Positions 61,929-64,000 of a stretch of DNA of 64,000 nt are shown here, piece after piece. A model generated the notes under the pieces. That model saw only the letters and a program-made list of their open reading frames with translations. It ran no database searches and was not told where the DNA came from. Source of the DNA: Rhizodiscina lignyota (lineage: Eukaryota); the NCBI GenBank assembly GCA_010015805.1, contig ML978137.1, positions 372,001 to 436,000 on the forward strand, read 5' to 3'. How positions within the stretch are numbered: the stretch's first letter is position 1; each line of letters opens with the position of its first letter. Position numbers and translations under genes: made by a program.

Positions 61929-62819
61929 TTAAGGCTTTCCGATGTACCTCCGCTCACGATCCTGCGTCTTAATCTTCTGCCAGTCCGCGAGCGGCTCAGG
62001 GTGTGTTTGTCTCCGTTTCGGCGGCTCGTATTCCGGGTCGAACATCTCCTCATCAGTAGCCGTTGAGAATCTTGAGTTCTTTCGCTGACGACTGCTCGGC
62101 GCGGGCTGGATACCCAGCAATGTGAGCCGGCGCTCTCTAACCCGGTCCATGGCCGCCATGAAGACTTCCCAGAATTCGTCATCATTGCCACTGTCTTTGA
62201 CCCCGGCTACGAAGACATAAGTATAGTTTTTCAACAAGTCCTCCAACAACGGCTCGGGGTACGGTTCGCGGTCGAGCGCTTCATAGTATTGCCTGCTTCT
62301 GATAATGCAGTCTGCTAACCGGTACACCGCCTTCGGAGAAGACTCCTCCTTCTGGAAGTCACACACCTGGACGACGTTCCTGCCGTGGCCCAATATCCTC
62401 TCGTTCCAGATCCTCACGCCCTCTGGCCAATCCGACTCGAGCAGCTCCTCTACAACCACCCTATCGCACCACCCTTCGATCGATGCTCGGTGCATGAACT
62501 GAGTCTGGATCTGCGCAAACGCGGGGATGAAGCCGACTGCATTTGCGCCGAGCATGTATCTCTGAAGTGCGCCATCTTTGGGAGGCGGGCGTATCGGGAG
62601 CGGCCAGGACTTTGTCTCGCCCGTAAGCCAGCGACGGGTTAGTTGGTGATAGTCGTAATATGACTTTGGTGTGTGCTCAGAAGGCTCTTTTAGCTTTCTG
62701 GCGGCATCGGTGAAGATGCCTTCGATTTCGGCGCGGAAGGGGAGGTATGATTTCCATTGTGAGTACCATTTTGGTCGTGTGGAAGTTGAACTTGGCCCAG
62801 GAGCTGGATCCGATGCCAT
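61929..62819 (-). CDS. Hypothetical protein, paralogue of 63149-63793
   Basis: Intronless ORF sharing ordered motifs WYxxWxSxLPFRxExEG, RASIEGWC, WPEGV, DLLKxxxYVF and FWxxF with its neighbour. Confidence 0.75.
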   Translation of the reverse strand: MASDPAPGPSSTSTRPKWYSQWKSYLPFRAEIEGIFTDAARKLKEPSEHTPKSYYDYHQLTRRWLTGETKSWPLPIRPPPKDGALQRYMLGANAVGFIPAFAQIQTQFMHRASIEGWCDRVVVEELLESDWPEGVRIWNERILGHGRNVVQVCDFQKEESSPKAVYRLADCIIRSRQYYEALDREPYPEPLLEDLLKNYTYVFVAGVKDSGNDDEFWEVFMAAMDRVRERRLTLLGIQPAPSSRQRKNSRFSTATDEEMFDPEYEPPKRRQTHPEPLADWQKIKTQDRERRYIGKP

Positions 62820-63148
62820 GATTGCTACTCTGCGGCGGTTGCAATTCTCTGGGTGGTTATCGAAACTGTCGAAAATCCAATGCAATATTTTCAACGGGAA
62901 GCCAGTAGATTTTATCTCTTTTGTATTGAATTTCTACCTCTTCATTCCCAAAGTCTATCATCATATTTATGGCGTAACGTAGCATGCTCATGACCCAATG
63001 TAAAACCAGTGTGACAGAAACATTTCTAGGAAACGTTAGGTTGGCGCGTGGAAACCATCGGCAATTGGAAGCAACATGTCATTGAGTTATGATTCCGTAG
63101 TACAATCGGGCCCAGTCGCGCTTAGTGTTCTATCTGTGAAGGAAATGG

Positions 63149-63793
63149 TTACGCATGCAGGTGATTGCCGGCAGGTTGCACAGCCCTTGTCTCTCCCAAC
63201 ACTCTCCGAAAAGTTTGCCAGAACTGTTGATTGTGCTCCTCATCTGTAGGGCCGAAAATGAATACGTAAACGCAATGCTTCAAGAGGTCATCCACAAGAG
63301 CGTCGTAATAAAGATCGATCCCCTTAGACTCGCGCACAATCTTGATGTGCCCATCCCAATACATGCATACGGCCTTCGGATTGTTCTGCGAAAGGTCCAA
63401 CACCTTCACGCCTTCTGGCCATGCTGCCGCCTCTAACTTCTTAAGCAGTTCTGAAGAGCACCACCCTTCGATAGAGGCTCTGCCTAATAGTGACGCAGCA
63501 GGCATGTAAAACGTTGTGATGAACGAAGCATCAAGAGCTTCAAGAAGGATTGGAGCCATTCCTTCATCGTACACGGGGTGTGAGAGTATGTTGATCGGGA
63601 ACATCTTCACTTCCTGCCTGAGCCAGCTCCGCATGGCATCCGCAAATGCTTTTATCGTTGTTGGACCTTGCGCATCTCCTTTGCTGTTTTGGCCGAAGTA
63701 AGCCTGGTTCTTTCTATACCCTTCTAATTCCCGCCTGAACGGAAGGTGAGATCTCCATTCTTGATACCACGCTGGATGATTTTGCTTGGACAT
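63149..63793 (-). CDS. Hypothetical protein, paralogue of 61929-62819
   Basis: 214 aa ORF with the same ordered motifs. Confidence 0.75.
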   Translation of the reverse strand: MSKQNHPAWYQEWRSHLPFRRELEGYRKNQAYFGQNSKGDAQGPTTIKAFADAMRSWLRQEVKMFPINILSHPVYDEGMAPILLEALDASFITTFYMPAASLLGRASIEGWCSSELLKKLEAAAWPEGVKVLDLSQNNPKAVCMYWDGHIKIVRESKGIDLYYDALVDDLLKHCVYVFIFGPTDEEHNQQFWQTFRRVLGETRAVQPAGNHLHA

Positions 63794-64000
63794 CGTTGTT
63801 AACGGGATGAACTGGGGATATGTGAATATTTGTGTTTGAGACTGAGGGGAACGGTGGCAGGAGAACTTGGTACGGTATCCTTGAGAGAAGGTTTTATATC
63901 GTACGAGATTTGCGTGTTATAGGGCAACACTTTCATGAGCCGTAAAACCAAAGTTCTAGAATAGACGTTATTGATGCCCGCGGAGTAGGCTAAACGACCG

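Overview
Gene-dense eukaryotic DNA from a filamentous ascomycete (short GT-AG introns with CTRAC/CTGAT branch sites; genes typical of Pezizomycotina, probably a Dothideomycete, species not determinable). About 22 protein-coding genes can be supported. Conserved genes include an MMT2-like CDF transporter (truncated by the window edge), a Myb protein, a SIRT4-type sirtuin, POB3, a GH30_7 xylanase, a C2H2 transcription factor, DCR2, a TRM61-like methyltransferase, PHO85 and a BCAS3-like propeller. An accessory-looking block at about 23-39 kb holds a six-exon beta-carbonic anhydrase largely missed by the ORF track, two dissimilar HET-domain genes (the second with a 1-nt frameshift), an F-box-like gene, a beta-lactamase-family esterase and a stand-alone HeLo-like protein. 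Each HET gene is preceded by a diverged copy of the same 160-190 bp non-coding element. Other notable items: a 216 bp TA-flanked MITE, a secreted protein with about five PIR-C-like domains and KR linkers, a possible alternative last exon of PHO85, and a tandem pair of unknown-family paralogues at the right end. No rRNA, tRNA or CRISPR array was recognised. All family assignments come from motif recognition by eye, not database searches.
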